DNA of 64,000 bases from an uncultured Acidobacteriota bacterium (GTDB lineage: Bacteria > Actinomycetota > Acidimicrobiia > Spongiisociales > ZC4RG35): positions 6,893 to 70,892 of the forward strand of contig CAVRWT010000008.1 in the NCBI GenBank assembly GCA_963724825.1. The letters are read 5' to 3'. Shown in pieces: positions 47,009 to 55,050 of this stretch. Position numbers and translations under genes: made by a program. Positions within the stretch are counted from its first letter, which is position 1. Every line of letters starts with the position of its first letter. A model generated the notes under the pieces. That model searched no databases and was not told the origin of the DNA. It saw nothing but the letters and a program-made list of their open reading frames with translations.

Positions 47009-48199
47009 CTAGTCAGGGAGCAGAGGCACGGTCAGGCCCGGGTCCTTGCCGAGGAGGACCGCCCGGGTCACGGTCGCCGATCCGAACCGATCGTTGACCT
47101 GGTCCATTGCCTCGTCGAGGGCCAGCCCTGGCTCCCGATCGAATGGCAATGACAACTGCAGCGCATCGTCATCGTCGAGGTTGGCGATCGCGATGCCGAT
47201 CAGGGTGACGCCCTGACTCTCGATCAAGGGAAGCGAATCGGCGAGCAGGCCCCGGAGTGCGGAGAGGATGGTCTGGGTGTGCGCCGTCGCCCGCGAGAAG
47301 GTGTGCGAGCGGGTGGCCCTCGAGAAGTCGTTGAATCGAAGGCGGAGAACGACGGTTCGCCCCACTCGTTCCGCTTTTCGGAGTCGGCGGCTGACACGTT
47401 CGACCAGGCCGACCAGGATCGTGTCGAGCTCCTCGTGGGATCTAGGCCCCAATCCGAAGGCACGTTGCGATCCGATGGAATGACGTCGGCGGCCCACCTC
47501 CAGGGGACGGGGGTCCCGATTGTGTGCGAGGGCGTGGAGGTGGCGGCCCGATGCCCGGCCCAACATCGCCACCAGGGACGGCTCAGCCAGTTCGGCGATC
47601 TCCCCGACGGTGTTGATTCCCCGGTCATGGAGCTTGGCGGCGGTCACCTTCCCTACTCCCCAGACCCTTTCCACCGGAAGAGGGTGCAGGAAGTCGAACT
47701 CGGAACCGGGCGCCACCACCAGGAGCCCATTGGGCTTGGCCACCCCGCTGGCGACCTTGGCCAGGAACTTGGTGCGAGCAACCCCGACCGTGATCGGCAG
47801 GCCGACCTCGCTGAGCACTGTCTCTCTCAACCGCCTGGCTATCTCAACCGGTGAGCCCGAGATCCTCTTCAACCCGCCAACATCCAGGAAGGCCTCGTCG
47901 ATGGAGATCCCCTCGACCAGGGGAGTGGTGTCTTTGAAGACTTCGAACACCGCCTTGCTCGCCTCGGAGTACGCCGAGATCCTTGGCTCGACAACGATCG
48001 CCTCCGGGCACAGGCGACGTGCCAATCGACCACCCATTGCGGTCCGCACCCCACAGGCCCTGGCTTCGTAGCTGGCCGCCAAGACCACACCCCCGCCCAC
48101 GATCACAGGTCGTGAGCGAAGCTTGGGGTTGTCCCGTTGCTCGACCGACGCATAGAAGGCGTCGAGGTCGGCATGGAGGATCGACGCCTCGGATCGCAT
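47009..48199 (-). CDS. dinB: DNA polymerase IV (Y-family)
   Basis: ILHADLDAFYASVEQRDNP, SIDEAFLDV and the little-finger region are present. Confidence 0.9.
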   Translation of the reverse strand: MRSEASILHADLDAFYASVEQRDNPKLRSRPVIVGGGVVLAASYEARACGVRTAMGGRLARRLCPEAIVVEPRISAYSEASKAVFEVFKDTTPLVEGISIDEAFLDVGGLKRISGSPVEIARRLRETVLSEVGLPITVGVARTKFLAKVASGVAKPNGLLVVAPGSEFDFLHPLPVERVWGVGKVTAAKLHDRGINTVGEIAELAEPSLVAMLGRASGRHLHALAHNRDPRPLEVGRRRHSIGSQRAFGLGPRSHEELDTILVGLVERVSRRLRKAERVGRTVVLRLRFNDFSRATRSHTFSRATAHTQTILSALRGLLADSLPLIESQGVTLIGIAIANLDDDDALQLSLPFDREPGLALDEAMDQVNDRFGSATVTRAVLLGKDPGLTVPLLPD

Positions 48200-48214
48200 C
48201 GAACATATGTTCGC
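48199..48214. promoter_or_regulatory. LexA (SOS) box TCGAACatatGTTCGc
   Basis: It matches 11 of the 12 defined positions of the actinobacterial/Gram-positive SOS box TCGAAC-N4-GTTCGA. It abuts the dinB ATG and lies 56 nt upstream of the divergent pspC-like gene. Confidence 0.6.
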
Positions 48215-48269
48215 TCAGATCGAGACTGATCGCAAGGGGCTTGTCGCGGGTCGGGGTAGGTTGGCGGTC

Positions 48270-48458
48270 ATGACCGATGTGCCGCGCCTCGTGCGTCCCA
48301 AGGAGGGCCGTGTCATCGCCGGAGTGGCTGCCGGCCTTGCTGATCGGTTCGAAATGAGTCGGGGAACGATGCGGCTCCTGTTCGTTCTCTCCCTGATCCT
48401 GCCCGGCCCTCAGATCCTGATCTACATCATCCTCTGGATCGTGATCCCAGAGGAGTGA
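48270..48458 (+). CDS. PspC-domain small membrane protein
   Basis: RVIAGVAAGLADRF...R followed by one TM segment is the PspC domain pattern. ATG at 48270. Confidence 0.75.
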   Translation: MTDVPRLVRPKEGRVIAGVAAGLADRFEMSRGTMRLLFVLSLILPGPQILIYIILWIVIPEE

Positions 48459-48461
48459 GGC

Positions 48462-48695
48462 TCAAGACTTCCACCTCTCCTCGTCGAGGGTGTAGGCGAC
48501 AAGGGCGTTGGCGTGGCCGTGGCCCATCCCGTAGTCGGCCTTCAACCAGTTGACGAGTTCCATGTGTTTGGTGAGAGGGCTGGAACGGATGATCTCCTGC
48601 CATTCGGCGATGGGGCGGCCGTACTTCTTCTCGATCGAGGGGAAGTAGGAGGCGGGACCGGTGACTTTGGGCTTGGGATCCTGGCCTGCGGGCAT
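48462..48695 (-). CDS. DUF4287 domain protein
   Basis: The YFPSIEKKYGRPIAEWQEII...HGHANALV pattern is recalled for DUF4287. ATG at 48695. Confidence 0.7.
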   Translation of the reverse strand: MPAGQDPKPKVTGPASYFPSIEKKYGRPIAEWQEIIRSSPLTKHMELVNWLKADYGMGHGHANALVAYTLDEERWKS

Positions 48696-48721
48696 GTGCA
48701 AATGCTATCCGCACTAGGGGT

Positions 48722-48802
48722 CCCCCCTCCCGGCTTCGCCGGCTCTCCCCCCAACGCTCACTCCGTTCGCTGGGGGGAGAAATGCGCTGGGGGGAGAAAT
48801 AG
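48722..48802 (+). repeat. intergenic double-hairpin repeat, copy 1 (61-nt core plus a 17-nt tandem duplication of its 3' arm)
   Basis: The core 48722-48782 is 58/61 identical to 54957-55017. Internal stems are CCGGC/GCCGG and TCTCCCCCC/GGGGGGAGA. CGCTGGGGGGAGAAAT occurs twice (48768-48783 and 48785-48800). Confidence 0.75.
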
Positions 48803-48811
48803 GCTTGCCCA

Positions 48812-49717
48812 ATGGAGGTCACCCACCCCGAGCGCGTGGTGTTCCCCGACGACGGGATCACCAAGGGCGAGGTCGTCGGCTACTACACCAAGGTTGCGAG
48901 CCAGATGCTGCCCTTCATCGAGGGCCGGGCTCTATCGGTGGAGCGCTTTCCCCAGGGGATCGGGGGCAAGGGGTTCATGCAGAAGAATGCACCCGACCAC
49001 TATCCCGAAGACCTCATCGGGCGTCACGAGCTCCCCAAGGAGGGCGGCGGCACCACGGTCTACCCGGTGGTCAACACCGCCGAGGGCATCGCCTTCTTTG
49101 CCAATTTCGGGGCGATCACCTTCCACGTCCCGTCGGTTCGGATCGATGGCGAAGACCGTCCGGACTGGGTGATCTGGGATCTCGACCCTCCACCGGATCA
49201 GGTAGCCCTGGTCCGTGAGGCCGCGGCCGTGATGCGTTCATTCCTCGAGGGCTACGGCATTGCAACGGTCCTCCTTGCCTCGGGCTCCAAGGGCTATCAC
49301 CTTCGGGCCCGCTTGACACCGGCCCTCGACCTCGAAGCGGTGGGGTGGATCGCGCGGGGTGCGGCAGAACTGGCAGCGTCATCCCACGAGGACTTGTTGA
49401 CGGTGGCCTTCCGCAAGGCGGATCGTCGCGATCGCGTGTTCGTCGATTGGATGCGCAACACCGGCCGGTCGACTTCGGTGGCACCGTGGTCGCTCCGGCC
49501 CCGGTCGGGCGCTCCAGTGGCGGCTCCCCTGGCGTGGGAGGAACTGACATCACTCGAGCCCGACGGGGTCCAGCTACGCACCGTTGATGCCCGCTTGGAT
49601 GGCGATCCGTGGTCTGGGCTGAAGCCAATCGACCTGACTGGAGTCGTGGAGCGCGTGGATCGTGACCTGGCCGACGCCGACATCGAACTCGAGCCATTCG
49701 ACCGCTTCCGCTCCTGA
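48812..49717 (+). CDS. ligD: LigD polymerase/primase domain protein (NHEJ polymerase)
   Basis: The start THPERVVFPDDGITKGEVVGYY...ERFPQG and the later DLDP and SGSKGYH blocks are typical of LigD-Pol. Confidence 0.9.
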   Translation: MEVTHPERVVFPDDGITKGEVVGYYTKVASQMLPFIEGRALSVERFPQGIGGKGFMQKNAPDHYPEDLIGRHELPKEGGGTTVYPVVNTAEGIAFFANFGAITFHVPSVRIDGEDRPDWVIWDLDPPPDQVALVREAAAVMRSFLEGYGIATVLLASGSKGYHLRARLTPALDLEAVGWIARGAAELAASSHEDLLTVAFRKADRRDRVFVDWMRNTGRSTSVAPWSLRPRSGAPVAAPLAWEELTSLEPDGVQLRTVDARLDGDPWSGLKPIDLTGVVERVDRDLADADIELEPFDRFRS

Positions 49718-49749
49718 GAAAACCGGACGGGAGATCGGCACCGGCCTGG

Positions 49750-50790
49750 TTGAATCAATTCGTGTTCGAGCCAATCCGCACCAAACGACTTCTGATCCGG
49801 CCATTCCGATCGGGTGACGCTGCCTCGCTCGAAGCACGCCGCAACGATCCACTCGTCGCCAAATACCAGAACTGGGCGGTCCCGTTCACCACGGAACAAG
49901 CGGAGACGGTGGAGGCCGAGCTGGTCGCGATGGATGGGCCTCAGGATGAGGAATGGTGGATGGCCGTCGTCGCCGATGCGGAGAGCGGCGAGACCCTCGG
50001 AGATCTGGCCCTGCATCTGAGCCAGAAGGGGAGAACTGCAGAGATCGGGTACACCTTCGCCAGCGAGCATTGGGGCCACGGCTATGCCGTCGAGGCCCTG
50101 GAAGCCCTGGTCGCCTACCTGTTCGACGTGCTCGGTGTCACCAGGGTGTTCGGCCTGCTCAACCCCGAAAACACCGCCTCGGCGATGGTGATGGAAAGAA
50201 CCGGATTCCTGTACGAGGGCCACACCAAGTTGTCCTTCTGGCTTGAGAACACGAACGAGGACGACTGGATCTACGGGCTGATCCGTGAGGATTGGGACAA
50301 GTGGCGCTCGCGGCCGCAGCATTCTCCGACCGAGGTCAGCCTGGTCGAGATCACCCCCGCCAACGAACGGGCGGTGTCCAAGCTCGTCACCCACAAGACC
50401 CAGGAGTCATTTGTCGCCCCGATGTTCTGGTCGTTCACCGACGCTCTGTTTCCCGAGGTGGTCGACGGCGCTCCTGTGGTGCCATGGATGCGAGCCGTGG
50501 TCGCCGACGATGAGATCGTCGGATTCGTGATGCTTGCCCTGCGCACCGAGCATCACCCGGAGCCGTACCTCTGGCGGCTGCTGATCGACCGTCTTCATCA
50601 GCGGCGTGGGATCGCGGGCCGGGTCCTCGATCTGATTGCTGAGGAGTGTCTGGAGATGGGTGACACCACCCTCCTCACCAGTTGGGGCGAGGGCAAGGGG
50701 TCCCCCCGACCCTTCTACCTCGGTCATGGTTTCGAGCCCACTGGAAGGACGATCGACGACGAGACCGAGGGCCGGCGACAGCTGACCTAA
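49750..50790 (+). CDS. tandem GNAT-domain N-acetyltransferase
   Basis: The first half is RimJ/RimL-like (TKRLLIRPF...GHGYAVEA). The second half has RRGIAGRVL. The start is TTG 49750 or GTG 49762. Confidence 0.8.
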   Translation: MNQFVFEPIRTKRLLIRPFRSGDAASLEARRNDPLVAKYQNWAVPFTTEQAETVEAELVAMDGPQDEEWWMAVVADAESGETLGDLALHLSQKGRTAEIGYTFASEHWGHGYAVEALEALVAYLFDVLGVTRVFGLLNPENTASAMVMERTGFLYEGHTKLSFWLENTNEDDWIYGLIREDWDKWRSRPQHSPTEVSLVEITPANERAVSKLVTHKTQESFVAPMFWSFTDALFPEVVDGAPVVPWMRAVVADDEIVGFVMLALRTEHHPEPYLWRLLIDRLHQRRGIAGRVLDLIAEECLEMGDTTLLTSWGEGKGSPRPFYLGHGFEPTGRTIDDETEGRRQLT

Positions 50791-50819
50791 AACTGTCCAT
50801 TGCGGTTAGGTTTCGCGGC

Positions 50820-51536
50820 ATGAGTTTCAGGTTCGAGGGTGTCAACCACGCCGGTCAGGACTGGCGGGCGGCAGGGGCGATCGTCACTTTCGGGAAGCAG
50901 ATCGAAGCGATTCGGCCCGGCCGGTTCCGCACCGATGGGACGGTCGCCAGCAAGCAACACGACCTGAACAGCCCGACTTCCGACCATCGTCCAAGCCCGA
51001 GAGCCGGTCTCGGGACGGTGCGTGCTCTCGACTTCGCAGAGGGGACTCCTGGTTTCGTCGACGAAGTAGCCGAGACGTTGAGGCTGTCCAGGGATCCTCG
51101 CATCCTCTACGTCATCCACGACCGCCGGAAGTTCTCATCCACCCGAACGAGGAAGTTTCCGGCCTTCGAATGGAGGCCATACACGGGGGACAACGGTCAT
51201 TTGACGCACGGCCACCTATCGGTGGTACCGGGCGAGCTAGGTGAGCAGACCCACGAGTTCGCCGTGGCTCCAGGCCAGGCGATAGGTCAGGTCCAGCATG
51301 GCGAGATCGGAAAGGAAGATATGGCGTTCACTGCTGAAGAGGAAGCATTCCTCAAAGAGCTGTTCCGGGTAGTGGTCGAGGACATGGGCTCCAATGCCAA
51401 GTTCGCGAAGTCGGCGATCCTGGACATACGGAAGGACATCATCACCCGAGCCGAGTTGAAGGCGGCCTTCAAGGACCTGCCCAAGGGCGATGTCGACGCC
51501 GCGATCGCAGAAATCATCAGCAGGCTGAACGCCTGA
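50820..51536 (+). CDS. hypothetical protein resembling actinophage/LAS-type (SDH...ALD...HxH) peptidase-like proteins, with a helical C-terminal tail
   Basis: The pattern TSDHRP...VRALDF...ILYVIHDRRKFS...WRPYTGDNGHLTHGHLSV resembles a family seen in actinobacteriophages and Actinobacteria. It is recalled from memory and not verified. Confidence 0.5.
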   Translation: MSFRFEGVNHAGQDWRAAGAIVTFGKQIEAIRPGRFRTDGTVASKQHDLNSPTSDHRPSPRAGLGTVRALDFAEGTPGFVDEVAETLRLSRDPRILYVIHDRRKFSSTRTRKFPAFEWRPYTGDNGHLTHGHLSVVPGELGEQTHEFAVAPGQAIGQVQHGEIGKEDMAFTAEEEAFLKELFRVVVEDMGSNAKFAKSAILDIRKDIITRAELKAAFKDLPKGDVDAAIAEIISRLNA

Positions 51537-52740
51537 GCTTCAGCTCCTGCTCAGGCCCAACCATTCGACGATCTGATCCTGGATCTCCGAGTCGTGGAGC
51601 AGGTCGAAATGACGTCTGCCTCCGAGAATCTGTCGTGTCGGTGGCCTCGATCTTGCGTCGTCGACCTCGTCCGGTGCCGCTCGCGGCCCGAACCATCAAG
51701 TCTCCGAACATCGAACCAACTGGGTGCTGGGGATTCTTGGTGACAACGGCTGCCACGAAATGGTGTCGTACCTCGGGCAGAAGCGGAGGATCAGTCGGCT
51801 CGCCGTGGAACAAGGTGTCGTCGGCCCCGGACCGATCATCCTCGACGATGCGCCCAAATCGAAGGTCCTTGATGCCGGCGCTCCGGGCGTCGAGAAACTC
51901 AGCCAATGGTCTGCTTTCCGGAGTTGCCCGGAGACCCCACGAGACGAGGTTGGCCGCCTTCTCCAATGGCGCACCGAGGTGTGGCGTGGCCACGGTGATC
52001 ACATGATCCAACCCATCGGTCCAGGCTTGGCCTGCCGCCTTACCCATCTGGCAGGCGCTTCGGATCACCAGCCCACCCATCGAGTGACCGACTAGCGCCA
52101 CCGATTCGGGCCGGACTGGCCAGCAGCTCCACATCTGTTCGAGGAGTTCTGCCAAATCGGCACCGTTGTCTGAGATGTGGCGACCGGTGTTGTAACGCAG
52201 CATCACAGGAGTCACTGAAGGGTCGGTCGCCAGCCGATCCCACAGTCCGGCACGGTCATGCCTCTCCAGCCAGGAATTCTCCGTTCGGCCCAATCCGTGT
52301 ACCAGGACCACGATCCGCGAGGTGGCCGATGGAAAGGCCGATGCCAAGCCGACGGAAGTGAGGTCAACAAGGGTCCCTGAGGGTTGCCGGATACCCATGT
52401 CGATCCCGAAGGAGTTGTCTCGTTGCACCAGCTCGTCGCCCCAAGTGGCGTTCACCACCGCTTGGACCTTGCGTCCGAGTGCAGTTTCGGTAAGTGGCTC
52501 ACCCCGGATCCCCGCGGCAAGCCCGATCGTGGCCCCTACGGCCGAGCCGCCGAGCCGGATCACGTCATAGATCGAGGTGATAGTTGCGTCGATCACATTT
52601 CGAGCAGATTCTCCGCTAGGACCGGTCCAGCGCAGAGAGCGATCTGCGATGGCCCTGTGCATCCCCTCCACTGGAGCGATTGCCCGTTCGAGTACGAGGT
52701 CGACCAGACCACTCAAACCCCGCATCTCATCGGCCGTCAT
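51517..52740 (-). CDS. alpha/beta hydrolase, lipase/PGAP1-like (the C-terminus as written is out of frame; the real end is probably 51540)
   Basis: The nucleophile elbow is VGHSMGGLV. ATG 52740 was chosen. The conserved end ...GGRRHFDLLHDSEIQDQIVEWL* is readable one base out of frame. Confidence 0.8.
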   Translation of the reverse strand: MTADEMRGLSGLVDLVLERAIAPVEGMHRAIADRSLRWTGPSGESARNVIDATITSIYDVIRLGGSAVGATIGLAAGIRGEPLTETALGRKVQAVVNATWGDELVQRDNSFGIDMGIRQPSGTLVDLTSVGLASAFPSATSRIVVLVHGLGRTENSWLERHDRAGLWDRLATDPSVTPVMLRYNTGRHISDNGADLAELLEQMWSCWPVRPESVALVGHSMGGLVIRSACQMGKAAGQAWTDGLDHVITVATPHLGAPLEKAANLVSWGLRATPESRPLAEFLDARSAGIKDLRFGRIVEDDRSGADDTLFHGEPTDPPLLPEVRHHFVAAVVTKNPQHPVGSMFGDLMVRAASGTGRGRRRKIEATDTTDSRRQTSFRPAPRLGDPGSDRRMVGPEQELKLRRSAC

Positions 52741-52808
52741 TCGTTGACCCACGAGAGGACGGTAACGACAGATCGACACAAGGACGGAGCGCAGGGAATA
52801 CTTGGGGA

Positions 52809-53471
52809 ATGCGAGCACTCGTCCTCCATGGCCCCGGGGTGGCCCGGATCGACGATGTGGAGCCTCCGATTCCCACGAGCGGTCTGGTCGTGGTCGACGT
52901 CGAGCGGGCCGGGATATGCGGCACCGACATCGAGTTCTTCACAGGTGAGATGGACTACCTCCGCCAGGGATACACGTCATACCCCCTTCGGATCGGTCAC
53001 GAGTGGGCGGGCCGGGTCTCTGCCCTGGGCGAGGGAGTCGACCAGACCTGGTTGGGAAAGCGCGTCACCGGGGACACCATGCTTGGTTGTGGGGTGTGCG
53101 AGCGATGCCTCAGTGGGCGTCATCATGTCTGCGAGTCCCGCCAGGAGATCGGGGTTCGCGGAGGCTGGCCAGGTGCGTTGGCCGAGCAATTGGCCGTGCC
53201 CGCCTCCGCCCTCTACGAAATCCCGGAACAGGTCTCGGCGGAAGCGGCGGCACTGGTCGAACCAGGGGGTTGTGCGGTCCGTGCTCTGAATGGGACCGCA
53301 CTCCAGGCGGGACAACGTCTTCTGATCTTCGGGCCGGGGACAATCGGGCTTCTCATTGCACAATTCGCGATGGCCCGAGGCGTCGAAGTTCACATCGTCG
53401 GCGTAGACGACCGCAAGCCTCGAGCTGGCCAGGTCATTGGGAGTTCAACATGCCTACCTGGGGGCCGATGA
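52809..53471 (+). CDS. Zn-dependent alcohol dehydrogenase family (MDR), upstream fragment
   Basis: It starts MRALVLHG. The catalytic and structural Zn motifs are GICGTDIEF, GHEWAG and CGVCERCLSGRHHVC. The Rossmann motif is GPGTIG. The frame is lost near 53418. Confidence 0.85.
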   Translation: MRALVLHGPGVARIDDVEPPIPTSGLVVVDVERAGICGTDIEFFTGEMDYLRQGYTSYPLRIGHEWAGRVSALGEGVDQTWLGKRVTGDTMLGCGVCERCLSGRHHVCESRQEIGVRGGWPGALAEQLAVPASALYEIPEQVSAEAAALVEPGGCAVRALNGTALQAGQRLLIFGPGTIGLLIAQFAMARGVEVHIVGVDDRKPRAGQVIGSSTCLPGGR

Positions 53472-53832
53472 CCTGCCCGGGCCGTTCGATGGTGTTGTCG
53501 ACGCAACAAGCGACTCCGGAGCCCCTGCGACGAGTCTCCCCCTTGTCGAGCCCGGCGGCCGGCTGGTCCTGATCGGGATCTCAGGCGAGCCAAGCCTGAT
53601 CGACAGCCGTCAGATCACCATTGGTGACATGACCGTGGTCGGCATCCTTGGAGGGTCTGCGGGGCTGGGCGAGGCGATCACGGCCTACGCCGATCGCCGG
53701 GTGGTACCCGACGCGCTGGTGTCAGAGGTGATAGGTCTCGAGGACGTCGCCAGCCGTTTGGAAGGGGAGAGAGGCCCTGCAGCCGGAGCTGGCCCCAAAG
53801 TACAGGTTGATCCGAGGTTGGTCGGAGGGTGA
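53437..53832 (+). CDS. Zn-dependent alcohol dehydrogenase family (MDR), downstream fragment
   Basis: The frame reads LELARSLGVQHAY...DGVVDATS...GGRLVLIG, a colinear continuation of the MDR fold. Confidence 0.8.
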   Translation: MGVQHAYLGADDLPGPFDGVVDATSDSGAPATSLPLVEPGGRLVLIGISGEPSLIDSRQITIGDMTVVGILGGSAGLGEAITAYADRRVVPDALVSEVIGLEDVASRLEGERGPAAGAGPKVQVDPRLVGG

Positions 53833-53841
53833 GCAGGAAGA

Positions 53842-54858
53842 TCAGGTGATCGTTCGCGGGAACCCACAGCGCACCGCGATCTCGGGATCCCGGAACGAAG
53901 TGATCCCCGAGATCGTCCTGCTGCCCTCGGCTACCTCGATCACCTGGATACCACTGACACTCATCGTGCCGTCTGATCCCGGCTCATACGTGGCGTAGGC
54001 AGGCTGCCCGTTGGCGCCGCCGGGCCGCATGGTGACTCCGTGTGGCCGGACCTGCTCGAAGATCGCTGCCTCGATGAAGGTCGCCACGGTCTCTGAGCCC
54101 TGGTACCAGGTTGGGATCGGCGGCATCGATATCCGAACATCGTCACTGACGGTCGCCAGGAACTCATTGATGTCCGCTCGCTCCCAGGCGCGCATGTATC
54201 TGTCCAGTAGCTCCTTCACTTCGGGATCCTTCGGATCGGCAGGCAGCGGTGTTGGCGAGGCGCTCATCGTCTCCCGAGCCCGGAATAGCAGGCTGTTGAC
54301 CGCCGACGGAGAACTGTCGAGCACCTCTGCCACTTCGTTCTGGGAGAAGTCGAGGACATCGTGGAGCAGCAAGGCCGCTCTTTGACGCGCTGACAGGCGC
54401 TGCAGGGCGGCGATGAAGGCGAGGCTGATCCGTTCTCGTTGCTCCGCCGAGTGTGCCGGGTCTTGCTCGAGCCCGATGCTCGCATCACCGATCGGCTCAA
54501 CCCATTCGATCGCGGGATCGGCGCCCTCGGGGAAGGACCCTGGTGAGGCCGATGGACCGTGGCTCACGGGATGGCTTCGCGGGCGGCGCCCTCTGAGTCG
54601 GTCGATGCACAAGTTGGTGGCGATTCGATACATCCAACCTTGAAACGAGCCCCGGGCCTCGAAGGTGTCGAGACGCTGCCAGGCTCGCAGCAAGGTGTCT
54701 TGAAGAGCCTCTTCGGCATCGGGGCCGGACCCCAGCATCCGGTAGCAGTGGCGGAGAAGCCCGGTCCGGTGCCCGTCGACCAAGGTGGCGAACGCCACAG
54801 TGTCGCCCGCCCGAGCCCGAGCCAGGGTCGGCCCTATTTCTGCGGTTTGGCTGGTCAT
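53842..54858 (-). CDS. ECF-type RNA polymerase sigma factor with a fused C-terminal SnoaL-like domain (SigJ/ECF41-like)
   Basis: Sigma regions 2 and 4 are present (LLRHCYRMLG..., DVLDFSQNEVAEVLDSS). A 130-aa extension follows. No anti-sigma gene is adjacent. Confidence 0.85.
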   Translation of the reverse strand: MTSQTAEIGPTLARARAGDTVAFATLVDGHRTGLLRHCYRMLGSGPDAEEALQDTLLRAWQRLDTFEARGSFQGWMYRIATNLCIDRLRGRRPRSHPVSHGPSASPGSFPEGADPAIEWVEPIGDASIGLEQDPAHSAEQRERISLAFIAALQRLSARQRAALLLHDVLDFSQNEVAEVLDSSPSAVNSLLFRARETMSASPTPLPADPKDPEVKELLDRYMRAWERADINEFLATVSDDVRISMPPIPTWYQGSETVATFIEAAIFEQVRPHGVTMRPGGANGQPAYATYEPGSDGTMSVSGIQVIEVAEGSRTISGITSFRDPEIAVRCGFPRTIT

Positions 54859-54956
54859 TGGTCACCCATCACGACTGTCACACACTGTATGACGAGATCC
54901 GGGCTCGAAATCTTGCGGTGGCTCGTGCGAGTTGTGTGCACCACCCTCGCCTGCGG

Positions 54957-55017
54957 CCCCCCTCCCGGCTGCGCCGGCTCTCCCCCCAACGTTCACTCCG
55001 TTCACTGGGGGGAGAAA
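54957..55017 (+). repeat. intergenic double-hairpin repeat, copy 2
   Basis: It is 58/61 identical to 48722-48782 and in the same orientation. It lies between the sigma factor start and the next + strand gene. Confidence 0.75.
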
Positions 55018-55050
55018 GGCGTTAGGTTCCGCCCTGTGTCATTGGATTCG

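Noticed and set aside
49297-50394. A 365-aa minus-strand ORF antisense to the LigD-Pol and GNAT genes.
   Set aside because: It crosses the boundary of two good + strand genes, and its product is low-complexity and Arg/Gly-rich.
54876-54902. An ECF41-type promoter next to the SigJ/ECF41-like sigma gene. TGTCACA is present at 54876-54882.
   Set aside because: The exact -35 heptamer is present, but the expected CGTC -10 element 16 nt downstream is absent (CCGG is there instead). A single 7-mer is expected by chance several times in 64 kb, so I do not call it.
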